DNA of 64,000 nucleotides, taken from the NCBI GenBank assembly GCA_013265495.1, contig MU057990.1, positions 1 to 64,000 on the forward strand. The letters are read 5' to 3'. This stretch comes from Vicugna vicugna. Lineage: Eukaryota. Numbering within the stretch: position 1 is the first letter of the stretch; each line of letters starts with the position of its first letter. The notes beneath the pieces are model-generated. The model had not been told where the DNA came from. It saw only the letters and a list, made by a program, of their open reading frames with translations, and made no database searches. Below, piece by piece: positions 12,805-24,372 of the stretch. Position numbers and translations under genes: made by a program.

Positions 12805-13197
12805 AAATAATGCCCAACAACATGGATGGACCTGGAGATCATGACATTATGTGAAATAAGTCAGAGAAGGACAAATATCATATGATATCACTTATATGTG
12901 GAATCTAAAAAAATGATAAACATTACATTTACAAACTAAAATCAAATAAACAGATATAGAAAACAAACTATGATTACCAAAGGGGAGAGAGCTGGGAGGG
13001 ATAAATTAGGGGTTGGGGATTAACAGACACACATTACTGTATATAAAACAGATCAACAACAAGGACTTACTGTACAGCACAGGGAACATATTCAACTTTT
13101 TTTTGTTATAACATATAATGGAAAAGAATCTGAAAAGGAAAAAATATGCATATATATAACTGAATCATTTTGCTGTACACCTGAAACTAGCATTTTT

Positions 13198-14100
13198 TTA
13201 TTTTTTATTTTTTTAGCATTTTTTGTTGAGTTATAGTCATTTTACAATGTTGTGTCAAATTCCAGGAACATGCATATATTCATTGTCACATTTTTTTTCA
13301 CTATGAGCTACCACAAGATCTTGTATATATTTCCCTGTGCTATACAGTATAATGTTCTTTATCTATTCTGCATATGCCTGTCAGTATCTACAAATTCTGA
13401 AATCTCAGTCTGTCCCTTCCCACCCCCCACCCCCTTGGCAACCACAAGTTTGTATTCTATGTCTATGAGTCTGTTTCTGTTTTGTATTTATGTTCTTTTT
13501 TTTTTTAAGATTCTATATACAAGCGACCTCATATGGTATTTTTCTTTCTCTTTCTGGCTTACTTCACTTATAATGACATTCTCCAGGGACTTCCATGTCG
13601 CTGCAAATGGCGTTATGTTGTCGGTTTTTATGGCTGAATAGTATTCCATTGTATAAATATACCACCTCTTCTTTATCCAGTCATCTGTTGATGGACATTT
13701 AGTCTGTTTCCATGTCTTGCCTATTGTAAATAGTGCTGCTTTGAACATTGGGGTGCAGGTGCCTTTTTGAAGTAGGGTTCCTTCTGGCTGTATGCCCAGG
13801 AGCATGTATCCTGGGTCATATGGTAAGTCTACTCCTTGTCTTTTGAAGAATCACCATACTGTTTTCCACAGTGACTGCACCAACCTGCATTCCCACCAGC
13901 AGTGTAGGAGGGTTCCCTTTTCTCCACAGTCTCTCCAGCATTTGTCATTTGTGGACTTTTGAATGATGGCCATTCGGACTGGTGTGAAGTGCTACCTCAT
14001 TGTAGTTTTGATTTGCATTTCTCTGATAATTAGTGATATTGAGCATTTTTTCATAAAAATTTCTCCCATTCCATAGGTTGTCATTTTGTTTTACTTATGG
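13198..14100 (-). mobile_element. Younger 5'-truncated L1 nested in an L1
   Basis: Poly(T) start; minus-strand ORF gives the L1 ORF2 C-terminus (CTPMFKAALFTIGKTWKQTKCPSTDDWIKKRWYIYTMEYYSAIK); TSD tgaaacta(g/a)cattttt at 13182-13197 and 14101-14116. Confidence 0.9.
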
Positions 14101-14309
14101 TGAAACTAACATTTTTAAATCACCTACATTTCAATAAACATTTTTTAAAAATAAAGAAAAATATTACTTCAAGTTTCCTCATAATCAACACCACACGTCT
14201 GTTCAAAGATGAATCAGACACAGTTCCTGCCCTCAGTGAAATGTACTACAAACCAGTTGGGGAGACAGTACGTGTAAATGGAAAGATAATAATACAAAGT
14301 AGCATAGAG

Positions 14310-14505
14310 ATGAACTCATTTAATCCTCAGAAGAATCCTATGAGGGAGGATTTATTATTGAGGCCATTTTACAGATGAGGAAATCAAGGCACAGAGAGGT
14401 TAAATGAATTGCCTAAGAAAACATAGCTATAGCTATCATGGAGTACTTCCAGTATTTGAGTCCAGGCAGTCTGGTTTCAGAGTTCACATTCTTAAAACTA
14501 CACTA
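14310..14505 (-). mobile_element. MIR SINE
   Basis: tcatttaatcctcag...ccattttacagatgaggaaatcaaggcacagagaggttaaatga. Confidence 0.85.
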
Positions 14506-14795
14506 GAATAAAAATGAATGACTCTTTGAATGGCATCCTCTTGGATATTCTAAGTCTGGGACTAGGACAAGAAAATGGATAACTAAGAGAGAAAAGCCTT
14601 TTGAACAAAATTTCATATTCCAGTTCATAGGATCCTTATACTTTTTCGGAGTACACTAGGTTATTATGGAAGGTCAGCCAGTGCTAATCAATTATAGAAA
14701 TCATAGATGAGTATGATGAAGGCTCTAGGCCATAAAAAGGCCCAGCGAGCTGTGGGAGCCCAGAGGAGAGGCACCTAACACTTGTGTCTTGGGAG

Positions 14796-15234
14796 CTCTG
14801 ACTCCCCTCCTCTGGGCTGTTTTGCTGTTCATGACATGAGGCAGACGGATGCTCTGGGTGTCATCAAGCCAGTGGACAAGAAGGCAGCTGGAGCTGGCAA
14901 GGACCCCAAATCTGCCTAGAAAGCTCAGAAGGCTAAATGAATATTATCCCCAATACCTGCCATCCCCGCTTCATCAGTGATGGGAGAATGGTCTCAGGAC
15001 TGCTGGTCTCAATTGGCTACTGAAGTTTAATAGTAAAAGACTGGTTAACGATAACAATGCATCGTAAAACCTTCAGAAGGAAAGGAGAATGTTTAGTGGA
15101 CCATCTGCTTTGTGTGTGGCCATTTTAAGTTATTAGTTTTTTTCAGATCAGTACTTTTTACTAGAAACCACTTGACCAAAAATCTGTCATATAATTTGAG
15201 ACCCATTAAAACAAAATGTAATGAGAAAAAAAAA
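14796..15234 (+). pseudogene. EEF1A1: 5'-truncated processed pseudogene of EEF1A1 (C-terminal codons, 3'UTR, poly(A))
   Basis: From 14797 it reads [46 protein letters not shown], versus eEF1A1 [47 protein letters not shown]. The 3'UTR has gtaaaagactggtt...atgcatcgtaaaaccttcagaaggaaagg, ATTAAA and an A-tail; cttgggag flanks both ends; premature TAG at 14917. Confidence 0.95.
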
Positions 15235-15685
15235 TACTTGGGAGAGCAGGGAAGCACTCTAGAAGTGACATCATAATCCTGAGACAGAAGGATGAGTTAG
15301 AGCTAGCCAGGCAAGGAGCTGGAAAGGGGAAGTGGCATTCGCAGAAGACAGAGCAGCATTGACCAAGGACGGGAGGGAGATCCTGACCCATTTCCAGAAC
15401 TGCCAGCAGTTCAGCCTGGCTGAAGGGTTGAGACTGAGGGGGAGCGGAAGTGTTATGAGAGCACACAAGAGTGTGCCCCTCGAGTGGCCAGCGGAGGGGG
15501 GCAGAGAATCAAAGAAGACGACAGAGGCAGTGGGAGTTTGACTGTGTTTCTGACATCTTGGCACTGTGCATGCACCTGGTACTCTCCTGGGCACACAGGA
15601 ACCACTGAGGAATTCATTCTTAGTTGACCATCTGCCTTTTCAGTTGATAGGCCATTTAGCGGATTCATTTTGGCCACGGGATGTT

Positions 15686-16080
15686 GTATTCATCATGCTG
15701 TGGAAGGAATAATGCCAAAATCTCAGGGGCTAGATTCAATAAAATTTAATTTCTTGTCCTCACAAAGTCCATTGCAAGTCTACACGTGACACTCTGAGGT
15801 GGCTTCCCTCCATGGGGTGACTCAGCAATACCTGCTGCTCTGATTTTGTGACACCTGTAACTCCATGTATGCTCCCACAGTCACTCTGGGACGGGAAGAG
15901 AAATTGGAGGGTCTCACACGGAAAATTAAGGGTCCTAGTCTTCGGAATATGTCCCTTCATCTCACAATTCATTGGCCAGAATGAGTGACCTGGCCCCTCC
16001 CAACAGCAAAGGGGGATGGAAACATGGAATCATATGCCCAGAAGGAGAAGAGAACCAGCTAGACGAACATCAGCTAGGTG
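15686..16080 (-). mobile_element. Old MLT1 LTR fragment
   Basis: aaaatctcaggggct...tttcttgtcctcaca...ggtgactcag...cacaattcattggccagaatgagtgacctggcccc. Confidence 0.7.
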
Positions 16081-16769
16081 AGTGCTAGACTTCTCTTAAG
16101 TGGACATTACTGATGATTATTGTGTGCTAAGCTGGTCCATTGGTTATTGTGTTCAGAGAGCCAACTCCTCAGATGTTTGGGCTTAGATGGTTTTGTTACA
16201 GTTCTTACTTTTCCTGACCGGAATCTATGCCATTATCTGTTCTTGGGTTTGAGCCAACACTGCTAAGTCATTTGGCAAAGTGATTACATTACATGAGCCA
16301 CAGTATTACTGAAATTGTTGTCACCATTTGGAAAATGTGATTTGTACATGGTGTGAATGAAACAAGACAAAGAGCTAAGTGGCAGACCCAGGACCCATCC
16401 ACGACACTCGCTAGGTCTTTACTGCCTGATGAAGATTTTCTTCACCTGTGTCTTTTGATGGGCGATTGGGCTGTTTCCTTGGATCAGGCTAGTGTGTAAC
16501 CTAAGCCACACCTATTATCCATCTCTATCTCTATTTCCTATATACAAGCTCTACAAAGTAATATAAACCAGACACGTGTCTGGTGTGTGTTCCTACAGTG
16601 GGTACCTAACATGCCAGGCTCTGGAAGATGGCTCCAAGAATTTTTTGAAGATATTTGCAGCTTATATGGAAGAATGATAGAGGTCAGTTAACACTAGCTT
16701 CCTAATTCACTCTAAATAGGGATGCCTAGCGTATATGCATTCATTATCAGAATAATAAGGTATCCTTTT

Positions 16770-17370
16770 TGTTCATCATAGTAGGAAAAGTTTAAAATTT
16801 TGATAACATTAAAGAGGATGTGGATAAGCCAGGACACTCTTGCTGAAAGTGACAACTGGTGTAACATTTTCAAAGGACAATTCAACAGTATCTATTAAAA
16901 AATAAACGTTCAAACCCTATGATCCAACATTTCCAGTGCTGGAAATTTATCCTACAGAGACATCGCCAAAACTGTGCAAAGATTTGTGTACAAGGATGTT
17001 TATTGCAATATTGTTCATAATGGAAAAAATGGAAACAACCCAAATGTTTATTCGTAAAGGAACTGAGAAAATGTACAATAGTGCATTAAAAAAAACTAGA
17101 TAGCTCTACATGGACAAATATGGAAAAATGTCCACGTTGTAAGATCAGTGAAGAAAGAAAGTTTAAAAATAGTGTGAATAAGTTGTCTAAAATATTATTT
17201 TGCTTTAATAAGTGCTATTATACATACAAGAAAAACAATATTTGGAGGAATATATACCAGCTCAACAGTAGTTATCTTTGTAGGGCTGAGACTATGGGAC
17301 ACTTTCACTTTCTAGAATACCTATATAGTTCTGTAATGTTAGGAAATTTTGGAACCAGGAAATGACATTA
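16770..17370 (+). mobile_element. Ancient L1ME-like 3' fragment
   Basis: ccctatgatccaacatttccagtgctggaaatttatcctacagag...aaggatgtttattgca...ggaaacaacccaaatgt. Confidence 0.75.
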
Positions 17371-17858
17371 CATTTTTTCCTTGTTTGAAAAACAATGTAA
17401 AACATTCCTCTGACTATATATATATATATAATACAATTCTTTGAATAAAAGCTAACTGCTGAGAAAATCCTTGTTTGTTCTATAGCTCAGGGAATAGATT
17501 TGACAGCTCTTAACTTGACCAGCCAAGTGTAACAGTGTGGAGTTTAGCAAAAGGCTCTGAGCAATTAAAGCTGCAGAATAATTACCAGCCATCAGAGCTT
17601 CTGATGGAGCCTAGGCCTTTGCACTGTCATCTTTGATCTGCCCTCAGGACCTAATGTTCCAAGCACTTAGCACTTTGGGGATGAGAGTGCAGTTTTCATT
17701 AGACCACCTTCTCTGAAACCTTCCATGGCTACCAATTGCTTATAGAATAAACCCAAATCACTTAACATGGCATTCAAGGCCCTATGCTATTTCCCAACTC
17801 TAAATTTCAACCCAGTCAGAGGGCTTATACAGCATAACGTTTAAGAGTTCAGGCTTTA

Positions 17859-18266
17859 CAGAAAGAGAAAGAAAAATACCACATGATAACGCCCAGATGT
17901 GGAATCTAAAAAGAAAAAGAAAAAGACAGAAATGAACTTATTTACAAAACAGAAACAGACTCACAGACATAGAAAACAAACTTATGGTTACCAAAGTGGA
18001 AAGGGGATGGAAAGGGTTAAATTGGGAGTTCGGGATTTGCAGATACTAACTACTATATATAAAGTAGATAAACAACAAGGTCCTACTGTATAGCACAGGG
18101 GAACATATTCAATATCTTATAGTAACTTATGGTGAAAAAGAAAATGAAAATGAATATACGTATGTTCACATATGACTGAAGCATTGTGCTGTACACCGGA
18201 AATTGACACCACATTGTAAACTGAGTATACTTCAATTTAAAAAATAAATAAATACTTAAAAAATAA
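17859..18266 (+). mobile_element. 5'-truncated young L1 3'UTR with TSD
   Basis: gtggaatctaaa...acagactcacagacatagaaaacaaacttatggttacc...ctgtacaccggaaattgac...A-tail; TSD agttcaggcttta at 17846-17858 and 18267-18279. Confidence 0.9.
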
Positions 18267-18676
18267 AGTTCAGGCTTTAGATCTTTAGCCAGATCTAGGA
18301 TTGAATTTTCTGCTTTGTCTCCATTTCAACAAACCCTAAACTATTTGTCTTTCCAAGGCAAGTTCACCTGTCATTTCTTCTCACCCTGCCTTTCCCAGAT
18401 CCCTATCAGTAAGCTTTAAACTGTCTTTCCCCTAAATTCCTGCATTGCTGTGTCTCTGCCGCTCTCACAGCATGCACTTACACTTTCTCATAGAGTAGAT
18501 TTTTTGGTAATGACCTCCCTAACAAAATGTTAGCTCCACGAAGGTAAGACCCTCCCAGAGTGCACAGCATATTGCTCACACATGCCAGGCTGATAGCAAA
18601 TATTTTGGGAATTGAATGAATAAACGAATAGATGAATTTCCCTTTGAACAACCACCTGGCCAATACACACATGCTG

Positions 18677-18691
18677 CCAGCAGGTGGCAAC
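18677..18691 (+). promoter_or_regulatory. Candidate CTCF motif
   Basis: ccagcaggtggcaac against consensus CCASYAGRKGGCRSY (1 mismatch). Confidence 0.45.
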
Positions 18692-19927
18692 AGTCTCCTT
18701 CAGCTCTTATACCATTCGGCACACTGCAGCTCCTAAGAGCCTAAAATTACCTAGTCACCAAAAAGTAGAGCAATTCCCAGTTTAAAATAGTTTGGCAGAG
18801 TTGAAGGTTCTGAACTCAGAGTCAGGTAACCGGGCCTTTTAGCCCCAGATCTGTCACTAACTAGATATGTGACTTTTCAGCCAGTTCCTTCACTTTCTGG
18901 ATCTGTTTCCATGTCTTCAAAATGATGAGATGATTTCCATAGTCTGACACTATGATTTTCATACTCTGCACACTCAAGATAACTAGAGCTATGAGGTTCT
19001 TGGACAGTCGCCACCATTATTTCTCATCGATTCTAGAGTGTTCTTGCGATAACAATATGGACAGAGGCATTTCCTTAGAAGTTCTCTCCAAATGCTCTTT
19101 CCTTGTTTGGATATAATGGGTGTCACCAGGGCCCGATCATCCAAGTCTCTGACTAGTGTTGACTCTCAGGGGGAAACTGGGTAGTGAGCCTTAGAAGTGA
19201 GGGGAAAGAGGTGGATGAAGGGAGGAAACACAGTTTAAGGGCTATAGAATCGGCCAAAGCCTCTAATAGTAAGAAAGAACTCTGTTGTATTTATTTTAAA
19301 ACCTGTATGTCTTCTGTATAAATGTGTTTTAAAAGTTATATTTTGGGGAGAAGGAATAGTTCTTATCATTACTACTATAATTCAGCTATTTAAATGTTTT
19401 TAAAACCACATTTCTATATCAATAATATGCTGTCTCCACCTTCCCAGTTGGGGAGTAGACAGGAGGCCAAGGTAAATGCAGGCAGGCATAAGAAGAAGAG
19501 AAATTCTTATTGTTTAGGTCAGGTTTGAAGGACTAGAAAGGACAAAGGGCTGCCAAGTTACTTGGAAAAAGATGTATATGAATAAGGTTTTATATTTGGT
19601 TAACAGATTGAATGGGTATTGCATTTAAAGCTTTGGTACTTACACACTTGCAATAAAAGGATGTATTCTTTTGATAAAAAGTCAAACTTAGTGTAGAAGT
19701 CTGATTCTACTTCCAAGGGAAAACGTTCACCCTTTCTCCAGTATCTAGTGGCAGAGGGTGCAAATCACAAGCAAAATGATGAAATTTGGAATAAGGATCT
19801 TCTCTGAGAGGGAGACTAACAGGTGGAGAGAAATGTTTCCTAGTTACAAGGAACAACTGCTTTAACTATAGCTGAACCAATGATCTTACTCTATCTAAAG
19901 AAATAATAGCTTTATAGAAGACAGCAG

Positions 19928-19991
<64 letters not shown>
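19928..19991. repeat. (GA)n microsatellite
   Basis: About 30 GA units with one interruption. Confidence 0.98.
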
Positions 19992-19995
<4 letters not shown>

Positions 19996-20865
19996 GTGCA
20001 TGTGCAGCATTAAGGGACAGAGACTGAATCTCATAATATGAAGTGAAGTATACCAGATTTCAACCTCTATACAGAATATGATCCATTGTCTTTAACTGTA
20101 GTGCGTACACATAGAAAAATGAATGGCAGAAAAATTTAAAATATATGTTCATAGCTGTTATGATGGAATGACAGGTGATAAGCAATATTTGTTTTCTTCT
20201 GTATAATTTTCTCTACCTTCACAATTCTTGATAGAACTTGTAGTGCTTCTACAATGTAAAAAAATAAAATGAATTGCCAAGGCCTATTATGTTAATAGTG
20301 GGAAAGGCAGGTATGGTTAAAGTTCTGTGGCTCCTGAAAGTCCATCTTGTTGCCCAAGCCCCACCGATTCCCAAGGGTAGGATGTCATCCCAAAGATGGT
20401 CCAGGAAAGAGCCTACTTAGCATCAAATCCCTAAGTAGTTACATACCGTGCTAAACTGGCCTGCATTATGTGTGAGGTGAAAAGGCCCCTTTCGCCCCTT
20501 GAGTTGAAAGGAAATTAGGCTAGAAGGAGGCCCAAACAGGACTACTTTTTTCTCCTTGGCCCACCCTGGATTCCTGGTGTCTGCTCATGACAGGAGGTGA
20601 CCCTAGCCTGACATGTCATAACAGCCTGTGAGATGCAGGGGTTAAGGGATAACGTGGAGAGAATTTGCTCCACACTGAGGAGCTGGACCCAGTCCTGTTC
20701 TAACTGAAATCATTTTACTCCTCCCAGGAAAAGCTCCAGCCCCTAGTAGAGGAGGGGAGGGGAAGAAGCAAGGGCCTTCACACTTTGATGACAATCCAAG
20801 TACACACATAGCACATGCTCATGCACATACCTGAATTCAAATGTTCACAAATAATATTTTATCAT

Positions 20866-22007
20866 CAGGGCCAGCTGCCTGGGCGTGTGACCTGAAAGAT
20901 AACACCAGGCTCCATGCTCAGGCCCCGCGCTTGGTTTGATGTTCTGCTGTCTCTGTCTTGAAATTCCTAATCATTTTATTTTTGAACTTGTGTTTCGCAA
21001 GTAAAGTCAGATGAAACAGTGGAGCATGGCCGCGAGCAGATGTGTAGGGCAATAGGCATGTCTACCGCCACCCTTTGCTTCCCCGTTGGCATATAGCATT
21101 TGTGATGCCCCATGAGCACTGAACTGCTGTGGACCCGTGAGGCATGGAAGTTCAGCAAGATTCCAGGCAAGGACAAGGTCAGTGTGGTGCATCCACAGTT
21201 GAGTAAGGCCGGTAGGGCGGGGGAGTGGTGGTGGTGAAAACCGAAGAGGCCTTCCTTTTCTCTGTGACCAGAACTCATTTCCAGTGCAGAAAGATGAATA
21301 GAGTTCTGAGAAACACGAAGGCCAAGGCGCCCCATCATATCCTATTGTGTTACTTTCCTGTGTTAGCTAACCACTGTTGCTGAAAACGATGACAGAAGGA
21401 GAGGGAAAGATAAGCCAAACCTTTCCCCCTCCTCCTTCCTTACTCATTGGTGAGCTGAAGGGAGAGTGTTGGTAGAATGCTTGTGTATCAAGAAGTGAAA
21501 TAAAAACAGTTGAATTCGTTTTGTGCCGTGTGCCCAGTGTCCTGGTAAGAACTAAATACATAATACGCATGCATGTATGAACTGCAAAATACGAAGTATG
21601 TAAATTTGGTGATTTTACCTGTAAGTTAAATGCTCTGACATTTTCGTTTTAAACTGGCGTTGCAGAACAGAAAGATGTAAAGTAAAATTCATGTTCATAA
21701 TTACTTATTTATTTGTTTTTAATGGAGGTATTGGAGATTGAACCCAGGACCTCATGCATGCTAAGCATGTATGTGCCACTGAGCTATTACCCTCCCCTCA
21801 TGTTAATAATTAAAAATGTTTCTTTACTTAGATTGATAATAAATAGCAAATTAAAAAATACTATGAGAAGTCAAGAAAGAGACTATGGAAGACAGGAAAC
21901 AACTTTGTATTTGAATACTTTTAACAACAACGTTTCCCTGCTTTTTGATCACAGAGTCCCACATTTGCAACTTGCACTGGGCTTTGCAAATTCTGTAGCA
22001 GGTCCTG
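20866..22007. mobile_element. MER45B-like hAT-Tip100 non-autonomous DNA transposon, near full length
   Basis: Inverted ends cagggccagct / agcaggtcctg; MER45 hallmark ggccccgcgcttggtttgatgttctgctgtctctgtcttgaaattc and ttgcactgggctttgcaaatt; about 1.03 kb once the nested SINE is removed. Confidence 0.8.
21703..21797 (-). mobile_element. tRNA-Ala-derived camelid-type SINE (short tail)
   Basis: ggaggtattggagattgaacccaggacctcatgcatgctaagcatg...gagctattaccctcccc; TSD tcatgtt(c/a)ataatt. Confidence 0.9.
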
Positions 22008-22609
22008 CTTAAAATGTATGAGGCCTGGTGACACTTTCTACTCTGCTCTTCTCTATTTGTTTTTAAACTTGCTCATGATCCCCTAAATTGACTTCATGAC
22101 TCCTAAAGGGTTGCAATGGGCAGCTGGGAGAACACTGCCTTAGAGGTTAGAGTGCATGGTCAACACTCCCCCAAACATTTTTCCTCTCAACTAAAGCAAA
22201 GGGCTTAACAGCCAGGCCTGGGGTCAATCAGAGGTGGTATGGTTCCCCCTTGAGGGACATAATCAAAGGTATCAGGAGAGTCCTGCCAGCACCTTCCCAA
22301 GACGGCTTGATTCATTATTGCCATGGCTTCTAGAACCAATGAGATGGGTAATTTGGTGCCTCAGGGCCTTATACACGTCTCTTTGATCTTACCTCAGAAG
22401 TCTCTGTAATCCATCAAAGTAATGCTTCAATTAAGTTTATCCCAAAGCTATCCCAGGTATTAGGTCAAAAAGTCACCCCCTCTCCTATTTCCCATCTAAA
22501 ATCATGCATGGCTGCGTTATCGCAATAAGGTCATCAGACAGGATGACGCAATGTGTGCCAGATATTAACATCCTACAGAGGACACCACATTTTTAACAAA
22601 TCCTGTGGT

Positions 22610-22815
22610 GGTTCAGAGCATAGCTTAGGAGTCAATTAGATGAAGCTGCTAATCCCAGGTCTGCTTCTCTCTTAGGCATGTGACAACTTCTCTGAGTTTT
22701 TATTTCTTCTTCTGTAAAATGGGAATATTAATACCCACTTCATAGTGTTGCTATGAGAATTAAATTAATTCATGTTTGCAAGGCACTGAACAGGGCTTAG
22801 TAAATGATAGCAGTT
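22610..22815 (+). mobile_element. MIR SINE
   Basis: ttcttctgtaaaatgggaatattaatacccacttcatagtgttgctatgagaattaaa. Confidence 0.8.
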
Positions 22816-22943
22816 GTTGTTGTCATCATTTGTATTTTCAACAGAGAAATGTAAGTAAAGATATCTACAAATACATCTTCCTTACACAATGTTCATCCTG
22901 AATTGTTTGGTCCAGCCCAAAGAGTCTTTCTTGAGTGCCAGTT

Positions 22944-23167
22944 CAGTGGTTCTTAATCAAGGGTGACTGAGCCCCAACAAGTGATATTTGGTAATGTCTG
23001 GAGACATCTTTGGCTGTCACAACTAGGGCAGGTGCTACCGACATCTAGTGGGTAAAGGCCAGAGATGCTGCTTAAACATCATACAATGTACACAGCGCCT
23101 CCCGCCCACACACAAAAGAGAATGATCCAGTGCAAAATGTCCAGAGAGCTGAGGTGGAGAAACCCTG
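22944..23167. mobile_element. MER20 hAT-Charlie MITE
   Basis: cagtggttct...atttggtaatgtctggagacat...catctagtgggtaaaggccagagatgctgct...gaggtggagaaaccctg. Confidence 0.88.
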
Positions 23168-23279
23168 CTCTGGTTGAAGCCTGGACTGGCATCTATAGGA
23201 AAGTACACAGCTCCTTCAATACCTCCAAAATTGGATTACTCCAGCCCCACCAGTCCTAGTTTCCGCATGACACATGAGG

Positions 23280-23530
23280 TAGCATCAAAAAAGAATATCC
23301 ATAATTATCTGAGAAAGGTATTAAAATACTCCTTTTTTGTATCTACATAAGTCCTGATACTTCTCACATCCTGAAACCAAAATGACATACGGCAACCAAT
23401 GGAACACAGAAGCAGATATGAGAATCCAGCTGTCTTTTATTACACCAGACATTAAAAATTTTTCTAAAATGCAAAACAGTGTCACTTTTCTCACAATTTT
23501 TTTTTTGTTTTGGAAAACTTAAAGTTGTTT
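23280..23530 (+). mobile_element. Charlie1-like hAT transposon fragment
   Basis: aaagaatatccataattatctga...gaagcagatatgagaatccagctgtct...ccagacattaaa. Confidence 0.7.
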
Positions 23531-23964
23531 TAAACATTCATTTTACCAGTTTTGAGAAATAGCTATACTCTATAGGAAATTAAAATTGCAAATAAGACAC
23601 AGCTCTCATCACCAACCTGAATTACTATCACATCTAGGAATCACCCTTCCAGAGGGAAATATATCCTAGATAAGAATCTAGCTGACTTTTATTATCTGTT
23701 TTCTAGGGATAGACACAACTGGAGTGAGAATATGAGGATTCCTGGAAAATGTGTAACTGGAACTGTTTTGGGTAAAAACAGAAGAGCATTTCCATAGAAA
23801 AGGTTAAGAGATTGTAGAGAAAGGAATTAATGAATAGAAGGGTAAGAATAGGTGGGAATTTGAAGTAGAAAATGATGAGATAAGGCTAAAAAGTGAAAAG
23901 CGAATTGAAACTGTACCTTGGTCTGCTAATGAACCTGGAGTCCGACAAAGTTAATGAGAAATTA

Positions 23965-24372
23965 TTTAAATGTTCATTAACAGGACGATGGGTGAACAAA
24001 TGCTAGTGTATTCATACAATGGGATGCTATTCAGTGACAGAAAGGTATGGAGTGCTGACACACAACACTGGGTGAATTTCAACAACCTTGTGATGAGTGA
24101 AAAAAAGCCAGACATAAAAGAATATATATACAGTATGATTCCATTTATATAAAGTTAAAGAACAGGCAGAAATAACTGATGGTGATATAATTCAGAACAG
24201 TGGGTACCTGTGAGGGAGTAGGAGTTGACTGTAAGGAAGCACAAGGGGACTTTCTGGAGTCACTTGGTTACATAATAGTAACGTGGATGTGTACATTCTT
24301 CAGAGATCACAAAACTATACACTCAAGGTCTGTGCCTTTAACTGAATTTAATTATACCTCAATAAAAAAATA
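23965..24372 (+). mobile_element. L1M 3'UTR fragment
   Basis: attcatacaatgg...tgagtgaaaaaaagccagaca...tgattccatttata...aattatacctcaataaaaaaa. Confidence 0.8.

Larger units (their letters stand above)
12553..14160 (+). mobile_element. L1 ORF2 end/3'UTR (cetartiodactyl-type), split by a younger antisense L1
   Basis: ggaggttccttaaaaatctaaaa...ccatatgatcca...caacaaggacttactgtacagcacaggg...ctgtacacctgaaacta; the element resumes at 14101 and ends in an A-rich tail. Confidence 0.85.

Noticed and set aside
13488..13805. ORF2-like ORFs (also 25287-26809, 49867-50254, 61787-62110)
   Set aside because: Fragments of truncated L1s; no intact ORF1 or ORF2.
15485..15504. Second CTCF-like site
   Set aside because: Mismatches at core positions (ccagcggagggggg).
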